Assembly: GCA_002633005.1 (NCBI GenBank)
Contig: NMRA01001230.1
Span: forward strand, 1,692 to 37,434
Reading direction: 5' to 3'
DNA length: 35,743 bases
Origin: Phoronis australis
Lineage: Eukaryota > Animalia > Phoronida
Under the pieces are notes generated by a model. That model saw only the letters and a program-made list of their open reading frames with translations. It made no database searches and was not told where the DNA came from. Position numbers and translations under genes: made by a program. Every line of letters begins with the position of its first letter. Position 1 is the first letter of the stretch. Of this stretch, positions 13,601 through 25,384 are shown piece after piece.

Positions 13601-14809
13601 CACCCGAAGACAGTGCATTGCCGTACCCTTTGTGTTTCCAATGCCTCAAACCGAATTTGGTGGAAATATTTGCAGGCGCCCTACATTCTAACAAAGATTT
13701 ACGCTCTTACTCAACTTGGGCTCGTCTTTGTGAATTAGGCTTCACTTGAAGCTTGATGCTGTCGCCACAATTCCTTTGATGTCCTAAAAGACCGCGCGGG
13801 GTAAACCACCTCGCCTAGCCTAGTCTTGGTGTAGCAAGCTCTATAACGCTGTTCTCATGCCATCTCTACAAATTTATTTGTATTCCAACAGACATATAAT
13901 TGTGTTATGTTGCTTACAGTCCAAAACTCCAGATATGTCTCGGAATGTCAGGAGTTGTACTGTTCACCGCGGTCCCTGGCTTACTGTTCCCATGGAATCA
14001 TGCATTGTTGATTTTGATACACGTAAGTGTTGTTTTAGCGAACTCATCAAAATTTACGTTACTTCCCATATTGTTCGCACTCTGACACATTACCAACGTC
14101 ATGCGGAACATCTTGGGAATTTCCGTGAAGTTTGAGCCTACAGAAGTGTGTTACGAATGTACCTACAGACTGGACCTCAAATTCAGCGCGATGATGCAGA
14201 CGTGTGATCATGAACTAAAGAGGGTCTATAATTCTACTGTGATCACGAAGCTTGCAATATCATACAATAAATTATATGATACATGAACACAATGAGGATT
14301 TTCTACATTCCTTATTTTTTCCAAAGTCCCGGAACTTTTGCTCTGAATACATGTGCTCATATGCCCTGTTGCATGAAACATTCTCAGTGGTTTTATTTTC
14401 ATTTATGTTGTGTTTTTTGGATTTGATACACACTGGACCGTATGAACTTAATATTGAATTATCAAATTATTGAAAATAAATTGGTATCTTCTCATGCAAC
14501 GCCACTAATTAAATGACTAAGTCTCTAATTGTTTTCATTGATCATATTTTAATTATATTATAACAAAATGTCAACAGTCAAAGAGGATATCATAATAAGG
14601 ATACAATGACAGAAAAAGTTAATTACATCTATCGGTAAAGAACGACACGAATACGCAAATGATTTATGGAACTTAGTCGAGTCCCTCTTTAGGATCATGC
14701 AACTGGGCAATGGAGTTTCTTAGGTATTTTGATTATCAAAACCTGCCGCGCAGCAGGCCTAGATTTTTCAAAACGCATTTTATGACATGATAAGTTGATC
14801 TCTTTTCAG

Positions 14810-14985
14810 ATGTTACTTGTAGCTGGATTTGCTGTGGTTGCTTTTGACCTAAACCAGTTCGAATCATCCCTTAATGAAACAGAGAAAGGGTTTCAATTAA
14901 CTCAATTTGGTATTCTTGCTGTTCTATTTGGATTTCCAAGAATTGGAATGTGTTTTGAAGTCTTAGGGATATCCTTTTTGACGGG
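14810..14985 (+). CDS. GOT1-like gene, exon 3 (Got1/Sft2-family core)
   Basis: ttttcag| ... |gtaagt. MLLVAGFAVV...GILAVLFGFPRIGMCFEVLGISFLTG matches GOT1 VLFVAGLAFV...GVFVVLIGWPLIGMIFEIYGFFLL. Phase 2 end. Confidence 0.8.
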
Positions 14986-16767
14986 GTAAGTGTAAATTTT
15001 TGAAATATTAATGTTGCTCCATTTGCTTTTTAAATCTTCTAAAGTTGCTGGACTCGAGTTTGGCAATTGAGAAAGCTAAAATTTAAATTAAGCCACATTT
15101 TTGTGTCTTGCATCGAAGTGAATCGCTGTCTTTGATTCAGTTGCCAAAATTTCTAAAGCCAGAAAAGTTAATCGGGGTCCCCGGAAATTTTTGAAACATA
15201 ACCAACTAAAAGGTCATGACCTCAACTTTACCTTAAAGCGCATGATGATTTGATAGCAGAATGAAAGGTAGGATTGTCGCTACCGGAGATACTGGGCGTG
15301 AAAACGAGCAGCGATCTTTGCCTATGTTTTGTTAAATCGGTCATGTGGAACTGGGCGTGAAAACAAACACTAATCTTTCCAACCTCTTATTGAATGGTTA
15401 AGTTCACAAATTAAAACAATGAGGTATTAATGTTTAATATCGATCGCCGTAATCCGACAGGAACAAGTTCATTTTCTTTCTCGTGTGACCATTCTGGGAA
15501 ATGTAGGTCACGTTACTCTTTTTACGAGACATATTCATTAGCTGTAGTCGTACGAAAAACCGACTTCTTTCAAAATATATTTTGTTGATAAGAAATAGAA
15601 GTGTTAATTGAAAAAATTCGAAGCTTTGTATACACTCGTAAAATCGTGTCTAGTTTCAATTCAAAACAATTTAAAACCTGTCAAAAGGGTACAAAACGGG
15701 TATTCAGTGCTCAGTTCGTGATGCCTACAAAAAGCTGCACCTGTATAGAGGGCAGAGGTTTTTACGGGCAGAAACTAATGCCAGTGAGTGTAGTACGTAA
15801 CGGCTGAAGCATAAATCGCCTTCTTATAGAAGCTAGACGTTGAGCTTCATAATAGTACGTGGTATGTAGAAAGCCTGACTGTATCAAAAAATTCCCCGTA
15901 TGTGCACATATGCGACGTATGTCATGTACATGTAGGCCCAACTCATGGTAGTTTAAAGCATACTCGAGGGAAGGCTGAGCTCCAATGGCTGGTATGGCTC
16001 CCACTGAGGTGATGTCATGGTATATCAATGAAATTTGCGAACTCTAAATCTGGCTAGTTTTATTGAGCTAAATGGTATGTTTCCATTTCATGATTGTGTT
16101 AGCTTGCCGTAAGAACCAAGCGAGAAATGCAAAATCAGGCAGCACCACGAAAAGCAAGTGTTTTACTCGGGAGCTTGTAAGCGTTTCTCAGCCGAAGTGA
16201 TGGCACTGAAGTGATGGGTCGCGGTGACGTTGGGATGTTGCATTGTGGGATAAAATTCACCACTTCCGTTTCATAAATGAAGATTTAGTATACATTCTTG
16301 AGGTATAGAAAATCACACAAAACAGGAAACCTGAATTAAGCATTGGACATCAAGTCTGTCATTAAAAACAATAAAATGTAATTGATTTTATAATTGATTA
16401 TAAACATCCCTAAACCATGTTTGACATTCTCCCCGCCCCAGAAAAAGGTGAAAACCAAAAATTACAGGGCGCTAACTACAATCCAACTATTTTGGGTCCA
16501 CAAGACGCAGCCGTGATCTTGTTACATGCTGCTAAAATTCTGAAGCAATTTCAACTTCGCTCAAAGAACATAAGTACTGGTCGCGTCTTCACATGCACTG
16601 GACGTGTAGTTTCTTGTATTGTGAGGGAAGATCGTTATGTATAATTTCAAACCACCGCCACCTACGCAGTGGTATATTAAATTTATCTGTTGTAACGAAA
16701 TAATGCAGATGACTGTAACGGTGCTTTGGCCTAACGAAGTACTTTTGCTAATTTTGCTCCTTTTCAG

Positions 16768-16821
16768 TACCTTTCCTCAGGTTGTCAGGTCTGTCAAAGA
16801 TTTCTGCAGTAATACGTGGCG
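16768..16821 (+). CDS. GOT1-like gene, exon 4
   Basis: ttttcag| ... |gtaagt. TFPQVVRSVKDFCSNTWR continues the frame and resembles GOT1 FFPVVVGFIRR. Confidence 0.75.
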
Positions 16822-17019
16822 GTAAGTTAAACTAACATCATTTTGTTTGCCTTCATACATAAATATGATAATCTTCATTTTCGTAGTACCCAATCCAATT
16901 TCATGTTTTGGTCAATAAATCACTGAGCTATTAAGCCATAAAACAGGATGTATGTCTTGGGGGGGGGGTGGCGCCTGTAATATGTTTCATCGTGAACGCC
17001 TTTTAAATTGTTCTTGTAG

Positions 17020-17176
17020 GCTGTACTCTAGAGTAACACGTTCTGACGCGGATATGCCACGCTTCCCAGACATGTTAAAGGATGTCCTTGCAACCCCAGT
17101 GCATCTTACGTGGTCGATCACCGACTCTCTAATGGATGGAGCACAACATCCTGCTATCCTGGAAGACATCGATTAA
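17020..17176 (+). CDS. GOT1-like gene, last coding exon (C-terminal extension)
   Basis: ttcttgtag| acceptor, in frame, ends ...PAILEDID-TAA. AATAAA at 17459-17464. Total CDS is 738 nt, 245 aa. Confidence 0.65.
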
Positions 17177-18651
17177 TACTGGTGGAAATTGTTCGTCGCT
17201 GAAGCGGACTGGGCTTCTGTAGGCACAACTAGTTTTGCTTGGTTAAGTGCTGTCAAATATCACTTGAAAGCTTGACCATTTGTCAGTTTAAGGCCCTGTC
17301 ACAACGAACTTGCTCATAGAACCTGCTAACAAGTCGGAATGTTTTGACCAAATGGGAACGCGAGGATGAACCTAAAATGGACAACAAAAGTGCAGAATAT
17401 TTAGTTTCCGTCCAGTTGAAGCAAGGTAACTGTTGCCTTGCCTTGGCTTGTTCAGTGCAATAAATGGAGTGAGTTGGAAGCGTTCCAGCGTGGGATCCAC
17501 CGGACTCTTGAACTTCCAAATTTGGTGCATAGGGTTCTGAAGACCAAATATTTCTGTATGTTGTATTTTTATGCTTTTACAGATGAAGTCTTTTTTAGCT
17601 TTATCGAACTCATTATGAACATTTGCTTTTATAAACTTGCGGCCGCTTGTACTGTTTTCACACTCATTGACAAAGTTGGACGCACTTTGATTCAACCTCG
17701 GGTATCCTCGAGCCTTGAACTTGCCTTCAGATGTGGACGTTGCCTGCGCACTTGCCAATTTTGGTCATACCGTCAATCATTCTACAATTTGAAAGTCACA
17801 TGACTTGCCGTGTGACTGAAGTACACTAAACAGATAAAGTTCATCTCCTTAGGGGACCAGAAGTGCTTTGGAGGAGACGAACGTTCAAAGGAAACTTGGG
17901 AGTGCCTTACATTTGTACATGTACGTAGAGACAATGCGTGAAGCGTTTGAAATCCAGTCATTGTGTTTACGCAAAGGATTTTCCAAGTACATTTTGTAAA
18001 TTTGAATTAGTGTGGTTACTTTTGGAAAGTATAACCATGGATTAAATAGAAATTAATCTATGGCATAACGTTATCAATGCATGCACTTTGTTGTGTGGAA
18101 TATAATTGTGCGTTTTATTACACAGACAAGGAAGTTTTCTTGAGATTCCGATGGATTTTAGAGTTTATATACAGTACTTTACTTTTGCATAGTTGTCAAA
18201 GTCTTCGTGTGCTTAGCTAAATAAATTTACGTTTGAAGGCAACTGAAACTGATTTTTCCCAGAAATCTCAGAAGACAACTCTCGTAACTACAAAACTTTC
18301 CATCGGGCCATATTAAAATATGGTACCTGTTTCACAAACTTTAGAAGTGGAGGTCTTAACTTCAAGTTATACAGACACTGAACTGTTTACATACAAGTAC
18401 GTGGCCACGTCACAATAAAACTTAAGCGTTCTTCAAAGCATACTCAATTTTATTATCACCAAATGAACAGCATATAAAAGCAGTTAGGTATAATTACACA
18501 TCAACAGTATTCAATAAATAAGAAGACTATGTATTCTGGAATCAAACCAACGGAATATGACGAGGGAACAGCAGATAATTCTGAATCGAGTAAGGAAACC
18601 ATCAGGCCCAACATATCAACTCATTCTGGCATCTAGGATCACCTAGGTCAT

Positions 18652-18788
18652 TTAACGAAATTTTGCGAACACCGAAGTTGAGAAGGCGACTCCCATGTTC
18701 CCCAGCTCCATCAAACGGCAGAGGCAACCATCCTTACACTGGCAATCAGTGCCTTTCTTGCAACCTACTCCACACTTGCACTCGTCGC
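18652..18788 (-). CDS. Metallothionein-like gene A, exon 5 (last)
   Basis: tttgcagcag| acceptor. (G)DECKCGVGCKKGTDCQCKDGCLCRLMELGNMGVAFSTSVFAKFR-TAA. Alternative NAGNAG acceptor at 18791. Confidence 0.85.
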
Positions 18789-19752
18789 CTGCTGCAAATT
18801 TTTTAAAATGCATTCATTAAAACCCTAACAATACCAAAATGAAAATATAATTCCGCTGTGATTATGTTTCACGAAAACCAAAAGCATGATCAAGAAAATA
18901 AATTAGCACAATTCAATTTTACCATTTACCAAATTATCATAGTTCCTGTGTGAAGGTATTAATTTTATGTCTTTGCTTACTTTCGCACGTATGTCAAGTT
19001 GGCATTAAATCCGGGCTTTCTGTCAAAAGCAGTTTTTGATTTTCAAGGTCCTCTTGCAGTTATGAAACTAGTCTCAAATTGTTTTGCAATGGTATTGGAG
19101 CTTATTTCAGGACATCCAAACAACTCTAGTGACAACTCGTCTAAATAAGAATCCTTAAGTCTTCGTACAGGCCATACGTGTATGTTGATCAAATCGCGTG
19201 AACTACTGTCAAGTCCGAAAAGACATATTTCCTTACCGGGGTCCGAATCCTGGACTTGCTGCTATTTGTGCTGACGCATTGATTGAAGACATCATTACAT
19301 ATTTGTCAGTTCGTTATTTCTTTTTATAAAATTCCAGTTTAGTTACGCCGTGACATGAAATTTTATAAGCTTGGCCTCAAGTTGTAACAAATCGTTAGTT
19401 CTTAACGACTCCAGAGATCGCATCAAAACCGAGCAAGGGACAATTTAAGACCACTTTTGTTGCGAAAAAACAATATTAGAAATTGCGACGGAAAGCACGC
19501 GCAAAATGTCATTTTAATTTTTACGTGAAGAATAACAATAGTGCCGCGTTAGTTTAATGTTTGTGTATGGAGTGTTTACAAAATCCGTTAAATCCGAAAA
19601 TGAGAATTTTCGAAGTATTGAACGAAATTCTCTTTGCCCGATCCACACACACACACACACACAAGGACTTTTAAACCTCTTGTTCTTGTAGCAGACCAAA
19701 ATCATTTAAACAAGTAATGTGTATGTGACTCAAACCTTTATCAGCAACTCAC

Positions 19753-19845
19753 CTGCGCAGTTGCATTTCGATATACACGAGCAGGCGTCGGGGCACTTGC
19801 AGGCGGTCTTGAAGTCGCAACCGAAACCACACTGGCAGCTGCCAC
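19753..19845 (-). CDS. Metallothionein-like gene A, exon 4
   Basis: 93 nt, phase 1-1, caacag| ... |gtgagt. GSCQCGFGCDFKTACKCPDACSCISKCNCA. Confidence 0.92.
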
Positions 19846-20313
19846 CTGTTGACAAAAACTAAAATATCACATACACAGTCAACACTGGCCATACTGTGAA
19901 TAGGGACAAGTTCTAACTAGAGAACATTGGTTATCAGGAAAAGTAAAAGAAGCCGTCTTTATCAGGAACAGTAAGCCCACCGTGAACCGAAACGAAGGTC
20001 TACAGCTAGTCCGTGGTCATGACCCCATTCAACAAAGCGCGGATAATCCATAAGTTGAAAGAACTTCAGATGAGGATGGAATGTCCGAGTCATCAACAAC
20101 AAACAAGTTCCTAGTAGGTGAATTTTTACCTTAAACATCGTCCCAAACTATGGAAAACCTATTTTATCAGATTTTGTTTTTGCGCCAGATCATCTGTCTA
20201 TGCTTTCAAAACCGATGTCATCCTCTTTTTCACCCTCCGTCAGAATCGTTGACAGAATCTTCAAAATGTCTTAATAAATTCTACGGTATTCACCCAAAAC
20301 TAATACTGCTAGA

Positions 20314-23300
20314 ACAAGAGCAACGCGGAGCGTTGAAATGCGCCCACGAATGCATTGCAAAAGGTCTGCTTTTAGGGTTATTTATTTGTGTCATAAAAAT
20401 GGCCACATACAATCCATCCAAAAACAGGAACATGCCATATTTCATAAAAATCCGTCAAGGAACATCAGAGAAACAAAGGAAAACAGAATAAAATGAAATT
20501 GCCACTAGTGGGCACAGTGTCCGTTGGATCCGCCTGAAAGTCGTCGTCGTCTGTTGTTAGCTTCATATACATGTAAATACACTTACTAAATTTAGTAAAG
20601 ATCCTGCAGTGGGTTTAAGAGATACAACTGTGGGCGCAAAACAAAACTACCACTAGGAGGCACCACAGTAGTCAGTCACCATCATCAAAGGTCGTCTTCA
20701 CACTGAGAACATATCTGCCAATTTTCAAATGATTTGGTTGATACAGGGGTGGACACCAAAAACAAGATTTGAAAACAGCAAAAATGGCCACTGGGTGGTG
20801 CAAAATACCTAGATTCCATCCAAAAACAGAAAGATAGCGTCATCACACCAATAAATGCCTTTATTTAAAATTTTATGAAAATCTGTTGAGGATCTTTGAA
20901 GATGCAGAGTTAAACGTAAAAAACTAAAAAATTGCCACTAGGGGGCAAAGCAGTAGCCAGATCTATCCGAAAGTCGTCGTCATCCGTAGTCAACATCGTA
21001 TAAATACATTTGTTAAATTAAGTAAAGATCTTGCGAACGGTTTAGGAGATACAGCCATAGGCGCAACAAAAACGAAACTGCCACTAGGAGGCAACACAGT
21101 AGTCTAAATCGTCCGAAAATCAAGTCAACCGTCCTCTTTATAGTAAGCACATACATGACAATTTTCACAATCATCCTTTGAACGGTTTGGTTGATAGAGG
21201 GGAAAACATTAAAAATGGTCACTAGGTGGCGCAAACTATATCGAATCCATTTGAAAACAGGAGGATAACGTCACCTCACTAATAGGTGCCTACATATTAA
21301 ATTTCATGAAAATCCGTTCAGGACTTTTGAAGATACAAAGGTAAACGTAAAAAAAATTGTCACTAGGGGGAACACCTGTAGTCGGACCTGTCCAAAAGTC
21401 GTCGTCGTCCGTTATTAACATCATATAAATATACTTACTAAATTTCGTAAAGATCCTGCGAACGGTTTAGGAGATACAGCCATAGGCGCAAAAAAAATGT
21501 CACTAGGAGGCGTCACAGTAGTCGAAATCGTCGGAAAATCATCGTGTCAGCCGTCCTCTTTAGAGTAAGCACATACAATGGGGCTATTCGGAGAATTCTC
21601 CTCGCGGTGTCGCTGCTGTACTAGTGGTGATTGAATTGCGCATGCGTGGCTGTCTGCATGTAAACAAATGGTAAAAGATGGAATTTTTATCAAAATACGT
21701 CGTCGCGCTAAGCCTCATTACTGCTAATTTCCGTGGTGCAAGACTTCGACAGGTGGCCACAAATTCCCAAAAGACCTAAGGTTACTATATTCGTGGACAA
21801 TTGCGGTCAACAGGGTCAACTAACTGACAAAAAGTGTGTGGATGCTGAAGCCCCGTGCGTGCTCTATGACTATGCAGAATTCCATTCGGAGACTACACAA
21901 CATTACTTGGTAAGTTTTTAGCAATCAGTTTCTATCAACATCGTTCGGTGATGTTATCCCCACCAGTTACCCCACTGAATAACAGTTTTATTGAGTGGAA
22001 CTAAGTGTTTCTTTTTGGAAACTCACCCGATGCCGGGTAGGCTAGCAGCACATATTCATATTGTCCTGGGTGGGAGTGCTCCCAAAATAAGAGGTGTATG
22101 GTACGTGATGCACAGAAGTCAAGAGTGACTTTTTCACAGCAGTTTCTCTTCAAAACTATGCTGTTTCCAATAAAATTCTCTAGATGAATGAGTTTCCTTA
22201 TTTTATCGTGGACCCCACCCCCAGGACCACCAGCTCAGTTATCGAATTAACATGAATAAGCCTTAATTCAGTAAATGTCGTAACATTGCATTGGAAAAAA
22301 ATTGACACCTAGAATGAATTTTACTTGTTGAGATCAGAAGCACATTTTAAGTGTCATGAAAAATACACATTGTTAAATCACTTTTAGCCTGTTTCACATA
22401 TTTTAATTCAGATATTAAATAAGACTTGGGTACAAAGGTTATTAGTTTCTACACATAAACATGAAGATGAAATGTCAAGTATGTTCTGCCTTACAAAAGT
22501 AGTTTTGTCTTGTCTTTTCTTTTACAATTTGCTAATATTTCTATTCTGTTACAGGCAAGAAAAAACAACTGAAACCAACCGCCTGACCATCTATTTCACC
22601 GTTGGACAAAGTGAAAAGCAATCCTTCAGCAATAACCTGAGAGAATTGAACGTAATTCAGAAATTCAGCACCTGATATGCCTGATTATGGACTCCCTCGC
22701 AATGTTGTTTCTTTCTGTGCTTTTTCAGTTTGCCATTTGTTTTTAAATACACTGATAATTGTTTATTCTCGAATCTTGTGCATAGCAGATTCTTATCCAG
22801 CTAGCTACAATTGAAAACATACAATAAGACAATCGATGCAGTCACTGAATGTCATTTCCCCATAATCTGTACCAAATTGAAAAGTTTTTACCAATAGTAT
22901 AAAGCCTTTCTTCTGAAAGGAAAATTTAATGTCACTCAGCTTTTGGCTTTCATTTCACTGGGTTCTAGTTTCAATGGCCTATAGAAGCGCTTGTAAAAAA
23001 GGTCCAGTTTCAACACGTGGCTTTCTTTCATGTAACCTCATTCAGCCTCAATAACATCCACAATTAGACCCTTGAAGGTAAACACAGCAGCATATCACTT
23101 GAATCGTTTTGAGCCCAAAATCAGACTCTGAACTAGACCAGAGTGTTACTAGGTCTTCTTTAGCTTCAGTCCCTCATGTTTCTTCCAGGAAAGGAAATAA
23201 GCTATTGTCCACACATGACTCATTGCCTATGAAAGGGCATCCTCACCAACAAGGCTTATTTGTGTAGCAGTCAGATATAGTTCGTCTGGATACACAGACA

Positions 23301-25019
23301 CTCCACTGGCACATTGTCTTATGGTAACTTAGTACTGCGATTCACATTTCTCCAGGGCCACTGACTTGCACATTGTGCCATTCAGCACTGCTGGTGTGTG
23401 GAAGTGCTGTGGGAAGAGAACGGAGTAACAAAGCTTGTCTATGATACAGCTTGAAGTGGCCTTAAAATGTCACTGAACCTGGAACAAATATTGAAATATG
23501 AATAATTAAGTACTCCAGATTGGATCAAAAATGTTATCCCTGTTTTTCAAAAATATATGGTGATTGGTCTACAGTTTCACATAAAAGTAAGTAATTACTA
23601 TTTTCAGAAACCAAGGGTGTATATAATGAGTATTGCATAAAACTGTGTCTTTATTTTTTATCCCTAGCCATAACAATTCTTTAAACGCATCACTTGTCTG
23701 CAAAATATACAAGTTTTTTGAGACAACTTCAAACATATGTTACCCATTTTCAAGCCTTTTTAATTTTGTTACTTTCAGCAATTTTAAACTCAGATTACAG
23801 GTTCATGGGTCTGTCAAGCATACTTCTAGCATAAGGTTGAGGGAACCGTTTTTCTTCTAATAGAAGATCTTGTTGGTTAGCTGAGTCAAATGCTAAAAAT
23901 CAATTTTTGTCCATTCAGAGACGGTGCAGAAGCGATGCATATCTCCTCTGCACGGAACAAGCCTCCAAACCTAAAAACTAAAGGTTACGTGAAAACTGAC
24001 GTGATAGATTTCCATTTCAACGTGTAATAGATTAACAGAAGACATATGATAGGGAGTAAACAAATAGTCTAATGCAATGGATATTTCTCACTCACGTACC
24101 CTTTGCCATTGGGATTGGATTGGTAATCTTAACTGAACCTGTATCGAGTTGATAGCATAAAATTCAGCATTGATTGATGTAACTGTCACTGATAAACTTT
24201 TAGAAATCATTCCAAACAATAATACTGCTTTGATGTACGAAAAGATCCCGATTGCTACGTCAAGTATCGTATCACATATCACAACATACAAAGATTAACC
24301 AGACTCTGGCTGGCGACTGACTGCCGCGAAGTCGACATTGGCGAGTGCCTCAGTTAACAGGCATCGGTAGAATAATCATGGAATAATCGTTAAAATAATC
24401 ACAAACCTTACCTTTGTATGAGGTCGTGCTTACTTCCTCTCATAGAAGCATCCTTTTTACGCAATCTCAGATTCAGTTGGCACGGCTGCAAGCCATTTCA
24501 CCATGTATTTAAAGGGCTCGCGAAATCGAGGCTGTTAATCTATCACCACTAGTACACTCACGCCCTCTAGTTATTGCAGATTTTCCGAATAGCCCCATTT
24601 TCACAATCATCCTATGAGCGGTTTGGTTGATAGAGGGTGGACGCAAAAACAGACTCGAAAATAGTAAAAATGGCCACTAGGTGGCGCAAACTACGTCGAA
24701 TCTATCCGAAAACGGGAGGATAGCGTCATCTCACTAATAGGTGCCTACCTACCAAATTTCATGAAAATCCGTTCAGGACTTTTGAAGATACTAGTTAAGC
24801 GTAAAAAACTAAAATTGCCACTGGGGGGGCACACCGGTAGTCGGATCCGTCCAAAAGTTCGCTCATATGCCGTCCCATTCATGAATGGAACATATGTGCC
24901 AAATTTCATGAACGTATGTCAAAGGGTTTTGGAGACAGAGCAGCGGACGCCGGACGCCGGACGGACGGACGGGCGGGCGGCATAATGCGTCCACATATAA
25001 ATATGTGGACGCATAAAAA
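20314..25019. mobile_element. Helentron-associated non-autonomous element (HINE/DINE-like) with internal tandem array, interrupted by a nested element
   Basis: AACAAGAG start with a short hairpin (CAACGC-GGA-GCGTTG), a ~430-bp tandem array, a GGAC/GACG microsatellite (24945-24980), then a perfect 14-bp hairpin ATGCGTCCACATAT-AA-ATATGTGGACGCAT followed by AAAAA. Confidence 0.65.
21580..24596. mobile_element. ISL2EU-like (Harbinger-related) DNA transposon, decayed
   Basis: TIRs GGGGCTATTCGGA..AAT with subterminal TGTACTAGTGGTGAT and an AT duplication on both sides. + strand degenerate THAP (21668-21900: HYC*FPWC...HKFPKD...W). - strand SAP-like (LRKKDASMRGSKHDLIQR, ~24412-24490) and YqaJ-like exonuclease remnants (~23000-23410). 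Confidence 0.75.
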
Positions 25020-25190
25020 TACTGCGAAAAATATGGATTTCATTCTTGGCGTTACGAAAATGCGTCCTAGTCCCCAGTATAGGAATTTTTTCGAACACAT
25101 GTTTTTGACATTTCCCGAAGTTAATCAAGATTTTTAGACCAATGCAGCGATATAACTTGTACAATAAGGATGATGATAGAAACCACTCAC

Positions 25191-25283
25191 CTCTGCAACC
25201 GCATCTTACGATGCATGAACACGCGACGGGGCACTTGCAGGCGGTCTTGGAGTCACATCCGCAACCACACTGACAGCTGCCAC
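25191..25283 (-). CDS. Metallothionein-like gene A, exon 3
   Basis: 93 nt, phase 1-1, tttcactag| ... |gtgagt. GSCQCGCGCDSKTACKCPVACSCIVRCGCR. Confidence 0.92.
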
Positions 25284-25384
25284 CTAGTGAAAGGAACAAA
25301 CATAAGCCCGTCATTCTTATCCTGGCTTGTAGTTACCAATGAACAAGGAGACCACAGTAATAATGGTTAAGCTAGATACCTTCG

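Larger units (their letters stand above)
15170..19860. repeat. Tandem segmental duplication, copy 1 (pairs with ~28710-34385)
   Basis: Collinear homologous blocks: 15170-15780/28710-29380, 16750-16890/31545-31690, 17410-18830/32370-33830, 19385-19860/33865-34385. Confidence 0.85.

Noticed and set aside
17372-17803. Overlapping 128-aa and 121-aa ORFs between the GOT1-like and MT-A stops
   Set aside because: Non-ATG starts, and the paralogous region (32370-32760) has indels that break both frames. Likely UTR or intergenic.
19237-19261. Candidate micro-exon in MT-A intron 4 (strong gtaagg donor)
   Set aside because: Available acceptors give 13, 22, 25 or 34 nt, all frame-shifting, with no Cys and no counterpart seen in MT-B.
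20380-21579. Regularly spaced motifs superficially like a CRISPR array
   Set aside because: Eukaryotic context, spacers homologous to each other, no cas genes. It is a satellite.
24919-25314. 131-aa ORF taken as a single-exon gene (likewise 34187-34444 and 26385-26600)
   Set aside because: Only the splice-bounded Cys-rich part is coding. The rest is intronic read-through.
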